Part shown: one piece after another, positions 1 through 11,492 of the stretch
Layout: every line of letters begins with the position of its first letter
Numbering within the stretch: position 1 is the first letter of the stretch
Assembly (NCBI GenBank): GCA_965285935.1
Contig: OZ260663.1
Location: forward strand, 104,036,001-104,100,000
Direction of reading: 5' to 3'
Source: Ophelia neglecta
Taxonomy: Eukaryota
DNA: 64,000 nucleotides
Notes under the pieces: model-generated
What the model saw: the letters and a program-made list of their open reading frames with translations, nothing else
Told to the model about the DNA's origin: nothing
Databases searched by the model: none
Made by a program: the position numbers and the translations under genes

Positions 1-1117
1 GATGCCTTCCGCCTCATACCAGTAAAACCTAGTCAATATCACCTTCTAGGGTTCACTTTTGACAACAAGTATTTTTTTGACAAGTGCCTGTCCATGGGCT
101 GCGCCTTCAAGTGTAAAATTTTTGAATCTTTTTCGTCGGCACTTAAATGAATTTTGACACATAAATACGGCATTCAGGGAGTGGTAAAGATTTTAGACGA
201 CTTCCTGTTTGTTGCCCCCACCAGCCAGTCCTGCGCACTGGCTCTGGCACATTTCAAAACCTTATGCAAACAACTGGGTGTCCCGCTAGCCGTGCACAAA
301 ACAGTTGGGCCAACCACCTGTCTTGTGTTTCTTGGAGTTGCCTTAGACTCGGTAGAGATGACAGCCAAGCTCCCTAAAGAAAAACTCGAGGCGTACACGG
401 ATGACATTAGGTCTGCCGTCAAACATAAAAAACTCACCCTTCGTGAGCTCCAGCCACTCGTAGGAAAACTCCAGTTTGTGGTGGTACCTTCTGGTCGACC
501 TTTCCTTCGTCGTCTTTACGACCTCACAATAGGCCTTCAAAAACCTTTCTATTTTAAACGACTAAGTGTGGGTGCTAAAGCTGACTTGAACTTGTGGCTA
601 TCTTTTCTTAGTGCTTACAATGGGACTTCACTCATCACTCAGCCCCCCCCCCCCCTACTTAGCGCCTCCACCTATGCTCAGACGCATCTAAATCTGCCTT
701 TGGCGCCACCTTTGGGGCGTCCTGGATCCAGGCCGCCTGGCCATGTGACTGGCAGCAGCTTAACATCGCCGTCCTCGAGCTTTACCCCATCTTTGTCATA
801 ATCACAATGTTCGCAAACAGAATTGCCCACTCCCATGTCACATTCCACTGTGACAATCAAGCGGTCGTGGATATCTTGAATAAGCAAAGTTCTAGGTGCC
901 CAACCATCTTGGCTGTTCTCCGACCGCTTGTTCTGACCCTCCTCATTCACAACATATCACTGTTTGCTGTCACATACCTGGTGAACGTAATATCCTATGT
1001 GATAAAATTTCCCGTCAACAGGTGGTGCCCGCCCTCTTGACACACTATGGGATGATGCCTTACCCCACTCCAGTTCCGGACCACCTGCTGCCTCAGAACT
1101 TCAAATTCAGCTCGTGA
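1..1117 (+). pseudogene. DIRS/Ngaro reverse transcriptase-RNase H (disrupted)
   Basis: Frame 1 reads DAFRLIPV...DKCLSMGC...VKILDDFLF...FLGVALDS (RT). After a frameshift at the C-run 643-655 it reads SDASKSAFG...NIAVLELYPI...FHCDNQAVV...HIPGERNILCDKISR (RNase H). TGA at 148-150 and a second frameshift near 970. Confidence 0.88.
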
Positions 1118-1986
1118 AACTCCTTACCGCCTCCCTTGCGCCTAGCACAAGATCAATGTATGTACGACATTGAAATACGCTTCTGTCCTTCATCTCTCAC
1201 AACCTAAAGAGCAAGCCTACCCTGCCTGTCCTCCTCACCACCCTATCCCTCTTCATTGCACATTTATCAAAACCTGGCCTGAGACATACGTCCATCAAAA
1301 CATACATGTCTGCCATCTCCTTTGTGCATTAAATTAAACACCTCCCTGATCACACGAACATCCTCATAATAACCAAAGCCATCCAAGGAGTACGTATGAC
1401 CCAGGGCGACAAGGACAACAGACAACTGTTGCCAATAAACAAGCCTGTCCTCTTCAAAATTATAGACGCTATTCCATTCTGCACTTTATCCCCATATGAT
1501 CGAACTATGTATAAGGCCTTGTTTTTACTCTCCTTCTACGCTTGCCTGCGTGCTGGCGAAGCCGTCCTCTCTGCAACCCCCCGGCACACATTAACCCTGG
1601 CACAGGTTTCTAGGCAAGGGAGGGGTTACCTGCTCTCATTTCATTCGTACAAACACAGTAATAGCATTAGGCCTGTCATCCAACTATTACCAGAGAAAAG
1701 CCTTCTTTACTGCTCGGTCAATGCTTTGACAACTTATATTGCAAAGCGTGGTCAATCCCCAGGGCCTTGGTTTATCAAGTCTCCCCATTCACCATTAACA
1801 ATAATTTCCCTCTCAATGTCTGGCCTAGCCCCAGACCAATATAATACCCATTCCTTTCGTATCGGCAGGGCCACACAGCTTGCATCTGAACATGCCTCCG
1901 AATCAACAATTAAAGCCACCGGCAGGTGGAAAAGCTCTGCTTTTCATAAATACATACGACCATCGCATTTCACACTTCCACAATGA
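1087..1986 (+). pseudogene. Tyrosine recombinase of the DIRS/Ngaro element (disrupted)
   Basis: SLAPSTRSMY N-terminal motif, FYACLRAGE (catalytic R), HSFRIGRAT (HxxR) and GRWKSSAFHKYIR (W, Y). In-frame stops at 1171-1173 and 1330-1332. Confidence 0.9.
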
Positions 1987-2030
1987 CTCACATCCGCTAA
2001 CACGCTGTACAAACACGGCCCACCTTGTCC

Positions 2031-2170
2031 TGGCAATCAGCGCATGCTGTTGCTCACCCCCCCCCCCTTTGGTAATCAGCGCATGCTGTTACCCCATCCC
2101 CACATCCCTTTGGCAATCAGCGCATGCTGTTGCCCCCCTCACACCCTCGGTAATTAGTGCACACTGTTAC
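2031..2170 (+). repeat. Four ~39-40 bp tandem units (core GGCAATCAGCGCATGCTGTT) in the 3' non-coding part of the YR retroelement
   Basis: Copies start near 2031, 2070, 2111 and 2148, separated by C-rich spacers. Confidence 0.85.
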
Positions 2171-3069
2171 CGAACCCAGCGTCTCTGTCCATTATTATTT
2201 TGGGATGCAACTTCATGTGACCTTGTGGTCACAATCGTTTCTTGGCGTCCCCTACGGGACATCCCCAAATAATGACTTTTAAAGGTAGTCATACTTTAAG
2301 CATGTAACACATAATGTGTGGTATTTTAATATTTGGTATTGTAAATATGTTTTTATTATAATTTAGAATATGTGCTAGTCAAGATTTGTTCATGACATTA
2401 TAACCATTGTATTGTAAGTGATTTAGTTTCTGAACCTTGTATAGACCCAATATTGTACATATTACATCATAATCATAATTACCTCATTTAATAAAATATT
2501 TAACCCAGTTTGGGTGTTATCTTGTTCATTCACCCCAGAAAAGTGTTTGTTTCTGTGAATGTTTGTCTAGAGAGGCCATGGACAGCTTATTGATACGACC
2601 TTTGACCCTGTTTCCCCACTGAACATTAATGATTTTGCCTTTCATTATTGTCCACATGGACTGGTCTCCCTGGTGTGACCGAACATATTTTAAATCTTCA
2701 AACTTTGCCTATATGTAGATACAATATTACCACAATAAACAAGGCACATTATTAAACAACAGTACATAACACCATTCTTTAATACGGCTTCTCACACGTT
2801 TACAAATACAAATAATCCGTCTTGTCCAGACAATTCTTAGTTAAATACTGACCAGATTATGTAACCAAAGAGCCTGCCACGAAGAGTGAAACAAGAGCTA
2901 CGTACGCTCTACACCTAGGCGGCACTTACTAGAATGTTAACCACACTATACCTGGCAGGTTAGAACACGTAATAGGGTATAAATCGAGAAATGTTATTGC
3001 ATTTAAGTGTGAACCAGAAGTATATTATGATGGTTTATTTGTAGAACTTTTATTCAATGAATATTTTTC

Positions 3070-3175
3070 GATGATGATGGAAACAAAATTAGTAACCCAA
3101 CACAGATAGTTGATAGGTTTAAAAAATATTCCTCAGTAATTGGCCCTAAACTTGCAAATAATATAAGTTCAACAG
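3070..3175 (+). mobile_element. Short L2/CR1-type LINE ORF2 fragment
   Basis: Translates DDDGNKISNPTQIVDRFKKYSSVIGPKLANNI, resembling the I.DP..IA..FN.YF..IGP.LA..I linker of CR1/L2 ORF2. Confidence 0.5.
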
Positions 3176-6100
3176 TACTCATTCAAGCTTTGTCAGAAAT
3201 TTCTTTGGAAATTATCGTATTTCTTAAATTCCGCATAGTTGAAACAGACACCCTCACCTTAAACCCCTCCGCTGCCCTTGGGATCGTCCGCCATCAACAA
3301 CATAAGATGCCGTTGCACCACACTACACCACAAAACGTGGACGAAGCAGTAAGTTTAACCTCTTACAATCTTGACTAATATAAATTCAAAATAATCTACA
3401 TTACTAAAATTGTTTATTGTGGATATATTATAAAAGAATCCATTGGCAAAGATGTCTAAATGAAGGAATGTGGAAACAAGCCATGCGTGAAAATTGTACT
3501 GCGGTTTCTCGTCACTACACCATACAAAACATGGAAGACACATCCGCAAGCTTTGCGACTTTAACTATCTCTCTAACCCGTTAAAAGGGATTCATAACCC
3601 CCGCACTGTTTGCACTATGTTGAAAACTTAACGGAGATTTATCTACACACAGTGTCTATCTGTGACGCATTAACCCGGGTATTGTGCACCAAAGTTTACT
3701 TTATTTCTAAAGCTTCCATTACCATGTTTGAGAATACGCTCGAGCAGACTTGTCAGATCGCCTTTACCGAGTAAACACAAGTGTAACTTCAATAACGGTA
3801 AGTTGTAGTGCGGGATTCGCCATTGTGAGAGGTAGTTGGGGGGGGGGGGGGGGGGGGGGTTAATCATAATTATCACCGTCAAAAGTGAGGGGCCAGAATA
3901 TTGCTTTAAGTCAGGTTTGAGAGATAAGATAATGATTGTCTCCTCCTCCAAACCCTATAAGATCTGCCTTCTGTCTAAATCCATGGACATATATAGGGGC
4001 TTTAGACATGCCCCCCCCCCCCCCCGCACCAGATTAATAGATAACTATTTGTTAGGTGTATCGATGTGGCTACTTACTATAATAAAAAAAAAATGTTTCG
4101 TCAAGCTACATTGGTACCGAATCCACAATGTAATTTATAATTGTATCTGAGCCATTTAGTTATGAACCTGAGTGCACTTGTCCTTACTTCCTTCAGTGTG
4201 TCATGTGTGCGCCATTTATGTGTCATATGGCATGTACCTATGATTTGTATGTCAAGGAGTGTCCGTAGCATTATCTTTCCTTGTCCCAGGCGATCGGCAT
4301 CACTAAACAGCTGGCCTGATCAGAACCTTCCCACAGCGATCCTCTAGTAACGTCCATGAAGGTGGCTAAAACACACTCGAAAAATTGCAATAACTGATTT
4401 CCAACAGAGGAACTTTGGGCCTCGAGATAAGTCGTCAACAATCATCGTGATCCATTGAACTTGGGTCGATGATAATAGCCGACAAACAAAAATCATAATA
4501 TATTCTTATAAGCAGAATAATAAGATTTTTGCAGTTAAAAACAGGCTGTCATTAAGTATATCTACAATAATACACACTTGTGTTTTATTCACTGGATATT
4601 ATTTCTGTGCTCCGATATTCGTTTATATTGCGGCCTCTGTCTTACTTATTGGATTAAAATCCACAACATCATGTTTACATAATATTTTTCAACAGGTTTA
4701 TCGCCTAAAAGACCCAACAAAGCAGTCATCGCATCAAGCGTTTGAATTGACCGGACTTTTCCACCTATACTATGGTACATATGTGCTATACGATGTACCG
4801 GCGAGGACCTACCCTGCGGCATGTGTAACTTGTTATCAGCGGGGTTCCAGATTGATATATCAGTGGTTCATTAAGATGCTATGTTAAGGATGGGGGTTTG
4901 ATGACCGAGAACTTTTGGAATTCATCTACCAGTTAATAAATCCTACTTTTCCGACCAGTTTTCTGGAGGTTCGCATAAAATCAGCAAAGCACTAAACTAA
5001 TATTGCTTAATGCCTATTTCCTGGTTGAATATCTCGAGTTCGAAAAAGTATTTGAATGGTATACCGATAATCTGGGTTTCTGAATGTAATTCTATTGAGC
5101 TATAATCATAATATAGCTTTGATGCAAAAGAATAATATTCTTCATCTAGGTGTATTCTTTGTGTGTCTATATTCTTTGCAGGGATTTTGGGCCACTACTA
5201 TTTACAATATATTCGCAATTCAGGGACGGCTGCTTAAACTAACACTCGACGATCTCAACTGGTAAATACAGCTCTGAAAGACTAGAAGTATTGACAAGGG
5301 TAGGATGACACAATGTGCTTGTCTATGAAGCAGTTGCCTAGGTTTGTATAGCACAGACATTTATCACAATGATAAATGTTTTATGGGTCTATTTGAAAAG
5401 ACGCCCCGCCGTCTTGTTTGACCTAAATTTAAATTTGAAGCGATCTTCATATCAAAGGCAAATCGTCCGCTAGTCTCATCGGCTCCTTTAACACGTTTCA
5501 CTACACACACGTGCATGGTTAGTGAATACTAATTAAGTTAAATCATGATTACTATACATACATCTTTATTGTGAGGAGTTTCCTAGACCAGTGGTAGAAA
5601 TTAGTTCACTAGCATTCACTAGAATTTCCAAAAATATAGTGGTGAAACAAGATATATTTTGTTTTGGTACATTCATGCCACGAACAAGGAAATAGATGGA
5701 TATAAAAGTACTTTATATAACTCTATTCAGCAGAAGAGCAACGTGCTTGGACGACAGTATTGGTTTCTAATACTGGTGGAGATTGGCGCAATGAGGATTG
5801 GCATGTTTGCGTTTTTGTTGACTTTGGCAATAATCGAAGGTAAGCTAAAATTTGTTAACACTCCCGAGAAAATTTAATGTATGCAAGGGAAATGAAGCTA
5901 GTATTTTGACCATCCACAGTCGTAACGCTTTCGGTGATTTTGGGAAAGTGTTCATTAATGCCAAATTAATAACGCTGTCATAAAAAAAAATCCAGTTAAT
6001 CCACTGACCATACAAACGATTGTTATTTCTTAATCAGCCCAGCTTGACAAACTAATTTAGCCGTTACTCTCCTGAAACTAATTACTAAAGGTATCTGGTT

Positions 6101-7740
6101 TTCAGACTGTGTTGATATAGCTGAATGCCGTGATATCTGTAACCCGGGTTGTAAGCACAGAGTGTGTATCAAAGAGACTGGGGTGTGTACCGAGGGATGT
6201 GTGTACGACAAATGGGGAGATTGGTTGATAGGGGACAAGTGTGATATCGTAATACGTAAGCATGTTCACTAGTTTGTCAATTTGAAAGTAATACATTCTT
6301 TGGCTTCTATAATACATATTTACAGAAATATAAATTCTTAAACAGCTGGTAAATCCAATATATGATATATATGATACAACATATGATCATTATTAATGAA
6401 TCAAACAAATGGACAGGTATAAAACAATGCGAAAAATTAGTTTTTCATGCATGAGCATTGGCTCAAAGACCAAAATAGAACACATTATAAACAAGAAATA
6501 CACATAGTCATACATGGTTGCACAGACAATCCACAGTTATTCAATTACAAGCACATGATAATAGAAGACATAATATAGGGTATCATGAAGTAAAAAAAAA
6601 ATACCTCGGTTGCATAAAAATGCATAGCATATATTTGAGCCAGGACGCCACCGATAGCCGAAGCCGTAAGTGGTGGCCGCCCACCTCATCCCCCAACAAA
6701 TTTGAGAAAAATAAATAAATGAAAGGGAAACAAAACCAAAAATAACTAGATTAAAGGTCAGTGGCCAGTAATACAGCGTTAGTATCAACCAGACAGAAAG
6801 TTAATTCGTATTCAAAATAACAAGACAAACTATTAGCAGGGTCGACCCCGTTCCTCTTCTATTATTACAGCCAAGATGCAGTTTGGTCCCTCAGACTGGG
6901 TTAGGACCACTCCATTATCAGTTACTTCTAACTGTGTAACCTGGCAATGGAAGGAAGGATCAAGTATTACAGACAGCGCCGCTCCTTACATCGGATATCG
7001 TATATACTACAGACAGTATACTACGTCATCAGCGGTATGGGCAGAGGGAGCTGACGTGGCAGCAGGGGACTGTTTCAGGTCTACAACCAGGGACACGCTA
7101 CCAGTTTGATCTGGCTGTCTATAGAATTAACTCGGAAGAAGAAAAAAAAAGGACATTATTCATATTTCGATCACATGGAGAAATACTTGTTAGCTACCAC
7201 GTTGAAATGTAAGTTACTCTGTAAATTTTGATTGGTTCTGTATCAGTCCCACTAATGGGATTGTATACATACCCGGTGTTTTGTTTTACTGTTTAACATT
7301 TGCAATTCATATAAATTAATGAAGCCTATGTGTAACAATGTCATAGCTTAGTTAATTTTTATCTCAGTGAGTGTAACGCCAACTTCTCGAGAAGCTACAG
7401 GCCGAGCTCGTCCTGACACCGGTATCAGTTCTCTCTTTCCTTCTACGACATTGGCTCAAAACTTAACGACCCTCTATGAAAACACAGTGAAACGCACTCA
7501 AGTATCAACTGCAACACAAGAACACGAAATAGGAACAAGCAGTGTAAAGGCAAAGGCGGACGTGGCCATTGGTAGGAGCCATTCCACGATACGTCCAAAC
7601 AAGGTCACAGGTAACACGGGCGTAGTGATAGGGGGCGCCGTGGGAGGAGCGCTCGGGATATGCGTGGTAGGGGGATTACTCGTATGTCTTGGGTACGTAT
7701 GTGTGTGTACGTGTGGGTATTTGGGGTTTGTGTGATTGTA

Positions 7741-7755
7741 ATATATTAATATATA

Positions 7756-7787
<32 letters not shown>

Positions 7788-7800
7788 ACTTATAATAATA
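7741..7800. repeat. (TA)n/(TAA)n microsatellite in a receptor A intron
   Basis: atatatatat...ataataataataat seen directly. Confidence 0.9.
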
Positions 7801-8187
7801 AGGATACTAATAATATTATAGCTTTTAACATCGAAAATAAAGCAATCGGAGTGTAATACAAAGATTATAATATCTGTGAAACAATCCACATCGTTCTAGC
7901 TGTTTCGTAGTTTCGTAACTTAATCATTAAAAGAGAGCTAACAATACTTTTCAGTTTGAAGAAATATTTAATAAATGGTTACTTTCAGAATGTTTATCCA
8001 GAGAAAGAGGTCGGCAAACTCAGACGCTGAAGATCGTAATGAACACGTATCAGCCCAGTACGAAGATATTGATGTTTACAAGCGGCAGAGGGAGAATATA
8101 CCACTTGAAAATGTGAATGTTAATACACGTCCGATTGGCAATAATATTCTTCTTTATGGTAAGTACGCCTGGAACTTTGTTGGGAGA

Positions 8188-8819
8188 CCCCCCCCCCTCA
8201 CTACCCCCATCCCACACACCATTCCTCACCCCTCACCCCTCCCCATCCTCGCTAGTCCCACCCCCCACTCACTACCCCCATCCCACACACCATTCCTCAC
8301 CCCTCCCCATCCCCGCTAGTCCCATCCCCCACTCACTACCCCCCATCCCACACACCATTCCTCACCCCTCACCCCTCCCCATTCTCGCTAGTCCCACCCC
8401 CCACTCACTACCCCCATCCCACACACCATTCCTCACCCCTCCCCATCCCCGCTAGTCCCATCCCCCACTCACTACCCCCATCCCACACACCATTCCTCAC
8501 CCCCTCCCCCCTCCCAATCCCCGCTAGTCCCATCCCCCACTCACTACCCCCATCCCACACACCATTCCTCACCCCCTCCCCCCTCCCCCTCCCCGCTAGT
8601 CCCATTCCCCACTCACTACCCCCATCCCACACACCATTCCTCACCCCCTCCCCCCTCCCCATCCCCGCTAGTCCCATCCCCCACTCACTACCCCCCATCC
8701 CACACACCATTCCTCACCCCCTCCCCCCTCCCCATCCCCGCTACTCCCATCCCCCACTCACTACCCCCATCCCACACACCATGTCTCACCCCCTCCCCCC
8801 TCCCCATCCCCGCTAGTCC
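8188..8819. repeat. C-rich minisatellite, about 10 units of ~62 bp, intronic
   Basis: Unit approx CCCCACTCACTACCCCCATCCCACACACCATTCCTCACCCCTCCCCCCTCCCCATCCCCGCTAGT. It explains the Pro/His- and Gly-rich spurious ORFs at 8117-8710. Confidence 0.95.
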
Positions 8820-10570
8820 GGATTTATATTAACGGGTGCTCTGTATTTGATGATAGAAATTTAATTGCGACATGGTAAGGCGAAAGAAAAGTGTGTCAAG
8901 CGACATATGACATGCGGGGCGATTTATATGGGGAGGAAACCTTACCTTTTGTTATTAACTATGCGTTACACATTAAATTTTAAGATTAGGCCTATATATA
9001 TTCATATGGACATATTTGTGATGTACGCATTCTTTTCCAGAAAACATCGACGTGGCACAATACGAATCTATACCTCTACCCCGGGTTGTCACTAATGACC
9101 AGTATGAGAACCTAAGTCTAGACAACAATAACTGAATGAAAACAAAAATCATCACATCACGTGCTATTATTTGTGGGCGTGTTTAATGTTTGCTATGTTG
9201 CCCAGTGCGAGGCTTCATCACTTTCCACAGAGTTTTTTAATGTATCTAATAATGATTTTTTTGTTTACCACAAGTTGAAGTAATAGTGCCTTTGTCAAGA
9301 CATTTAAAATACACAAATCAGAAGTTTAAACTTTGTTCTGTTAATTTCCTGCGTTTACTTATCTCGAGGTCCGAAACTGGAATGTATACTATACATTGAG
9401 CGCTGTTCCTAGATATATATAAAAGTACGAAAAGGAGACATTGTCATCACGTTTATATGCATATGGCGATTTGAACGAAACGTTGATATCTTTATGACTT
9501 TCTTACAATACAATCCGCGTTCAGCGCATGCTTTAAAGCGTTATTTACTAATCTACTGCACAGGCACAACAATATTACCACTGACTCTGAAAGAATTAGT
9601 TGCGGACTCGTATGGTATATATCCGTGCAGTATAACCAACGCTGATCGACACTCGCCAGCATTAATTGATATATTACAGCAATGGACTGTCAGTTTTCCA
9701 TGTATAACATACCACAGGAAACGGCCATTATGGTGCTCTATTTAAACAGGTGTCCTGGGATCGTATTGAAGGCATACATACTTGTTTAAATAACGACTTT
9801 CTATGTTTGACAAGACGCTCCAGATCTCAATTGTGCGTTTGCTGTTTTATTAGTAGACTACCGGTGCATCGTGTCAACATGGTGGAGGGTTTTTTGGCAG
9901 TGGGTAGGTGAGGCGGACGGAGTTACTGGCACGCTCGTTTAGGAGGAATCCTTACGCTAGTTCGACATGTGCGTGTTTAAAATCGTCATCTTAAAACTGA
10001 AATCAAAAATCGTAGAAAATTAATATCTCTCTGGGAATCATGCAAACAATTCCCTTTTCAAGCCTCTTAACTATAAAACACATAGTTAATACCTCTTCCT
10101 CCTACTTCTTATTTGATCAATTTAACATCAATGTCATCCTGTTTACGCAACGCTTGTTAAGAAGAATAAAGTCCGATCGACTTCACTTTTTGGGCATGTG
10201 CGTTTATGAGCAATTTGCATTCAACGTAAAGATCGTCATGTTGTTTAATATCAATAGGCTTTCAGGGGTAGCTTGTGGGCGGCAAAGTGGAAGATCGTAT
10301 TTTGGTGGCATAGTGAGGTTTATATGGCCATTTTAAGATTGTTTCTATATAGCGAGTAACTACTACCCCCCCCCCCTCAACCAGGGACCCCAACCCCTTA
10401 TTTTTCATAAGTTGGTCAGTAGACCCATTTCCGGGTAATGAATAACGGAACATCGTTCGGCTTATAATTATAGTCCGAACAATAATATGGGATTGAATCG
10501 TCTGTAACTTAGGGTTTTCTGTGAGTAAGCTTATTAATGTTATAAATAATTTGTTGTCAGCAAATATAAT

Positions 10571-10606
10571 TGGCCCTGAAGTGCATATCAAGATATGACA
10601 CCTACG
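10571..10606 (+). pseudogene. Remnant of the terminal exon of a receptor PTP paralogue
   Basis: TGGCCCTGAAGTGCATATCAAGATATGACACCTACG matches 44597-44632 at 34/36 nt (ALKCISRYDTY). Confidence 0.75.
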
Positions 10607-11492
10607 TGAGGAGCATGGCGTTTATTTGTACGAATCATTTGAATGATTGAATTTGGTTCCATGACTCTTACCATGATGTAGTATTTTTTTTATATCTGCT
10701 GTCAGTTGTAGCTATATTTCATAAATGACTCAAACATGAGCAGCAGTCATGTGTGCGAGTGTGACTTCTTTATTATTGAATTAATTAATTAGAGACTCAT
10801 TATAAATTTATGGAAAAGAGCTTCGATTACTTGCGAAGCACTCATGTTTTGCTGCGAAGATCCAATATCAAGCACATTGAGGGGGGAGATGAGGCAGACA
10901 ATTTACTTAGAGGTAATAGCGACCGTGGTAGTTGATGCCCAACTAAATATATTTCTTCTTAAGTTTAAACCAACTAATTGAGAAAAAGTTTACCCGAGAA
11001 TGTTGCAATGGGCCCGAGGGGGAGCACTCGATAATACGACAATACTCCTATAACAAAAGATTTTGCAATGAACAATTTTTCCTTAGCGAGAATTAAGCTG
11101 AATTATATACACAAACACACGAGACATACTGCAAACCACGGGGATTGAAATATACATGGTTTACCCGGCTTTTAAAGAAACATGATTCCTTCTGTGTGCA
11201 ACAAACTTTTCTGATCGGTTAGACCGTTTTATCATTTTGAAATGATTTGACCCGAATAATATATGCAAGAGACCAGCCTCCTAACAACTTTTCGGCACAT
11301 GTTTGAAACCACACTGCACAAGTGGTTTATTTGAGTCTGGTTGTTCAAATATGGCTTTATTGCAATCATTAGCTATAGTATTTATTTATAATGTGAATCG
11401 AAATGCGAAACAGAATCATCCCCACCCCCCAACTTAGCCCTACCCTCCAAACCGATCACTAAATTATTACTTACATATAATATGTGTGGGAA

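Larger units (their letters stand above)
1..1986 (+). mobile_element. Degenerate DIRS-order (Ngaro-like) tyrosine-recombinase retrotransposon, 5' end outside the window
   Basis: RT-RNaseH followed by an overlapping tyrosine recombinase ORF, with no methyltransferase visible between them. Multiple stops and frameshifts. The non-coding 3' part probably extends to about 2700. Confidence 0.9.
5791..9135 (+). pseudogene. Receptor A: single-pass EGF-like/FN3/mucin/TM receptor with tyrosine-motif tail; frameshifted in the FN3 exon
   Basis: GT-AG exons: 5791-5839 (MRIGMFAFLLTLAIIE, signal-like), 6106-6255 (8-Cys EGF-like CRDICNPGCKHRVCIKETGVCTEGC...C), 6871-7208 (FN3: WQWKE...GYRIYYR...GLQPGTRYQFDLAVY), 7368-7692 (S/T stalk + TM VVIGGAVGGALGICVVGGLLVCLG), 7989-8158 (QYEDI...LLY), 9041-9135 (ENIDVAQYESIPLPRVVTNDQYENLSLDNNN*). 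A 20-nt deletion near 7058 gives a stop at 7107-7109, and there is a further shift at the A-run 7142-7150. Confidence 0.82.

Noticed and set aside
2031-2170. CRISPR-like repeat-spacer pattern
   Set aside because: Eukaryotic context, spacers are short, related and C-rich, and there are no cas genes; this is a retroelement tandem repeat.
2715-2955. Possible solo LTR
   Set aside because: LTR-like composition, but no convincing TG...CA ends or TSD could be fixed.
8117-8710. Pro/His-rich and Gly-rich repetitive ORFs
   Set aside because: They are translations of the intronic C-rich minisatellite, with no splice or coding evidence.
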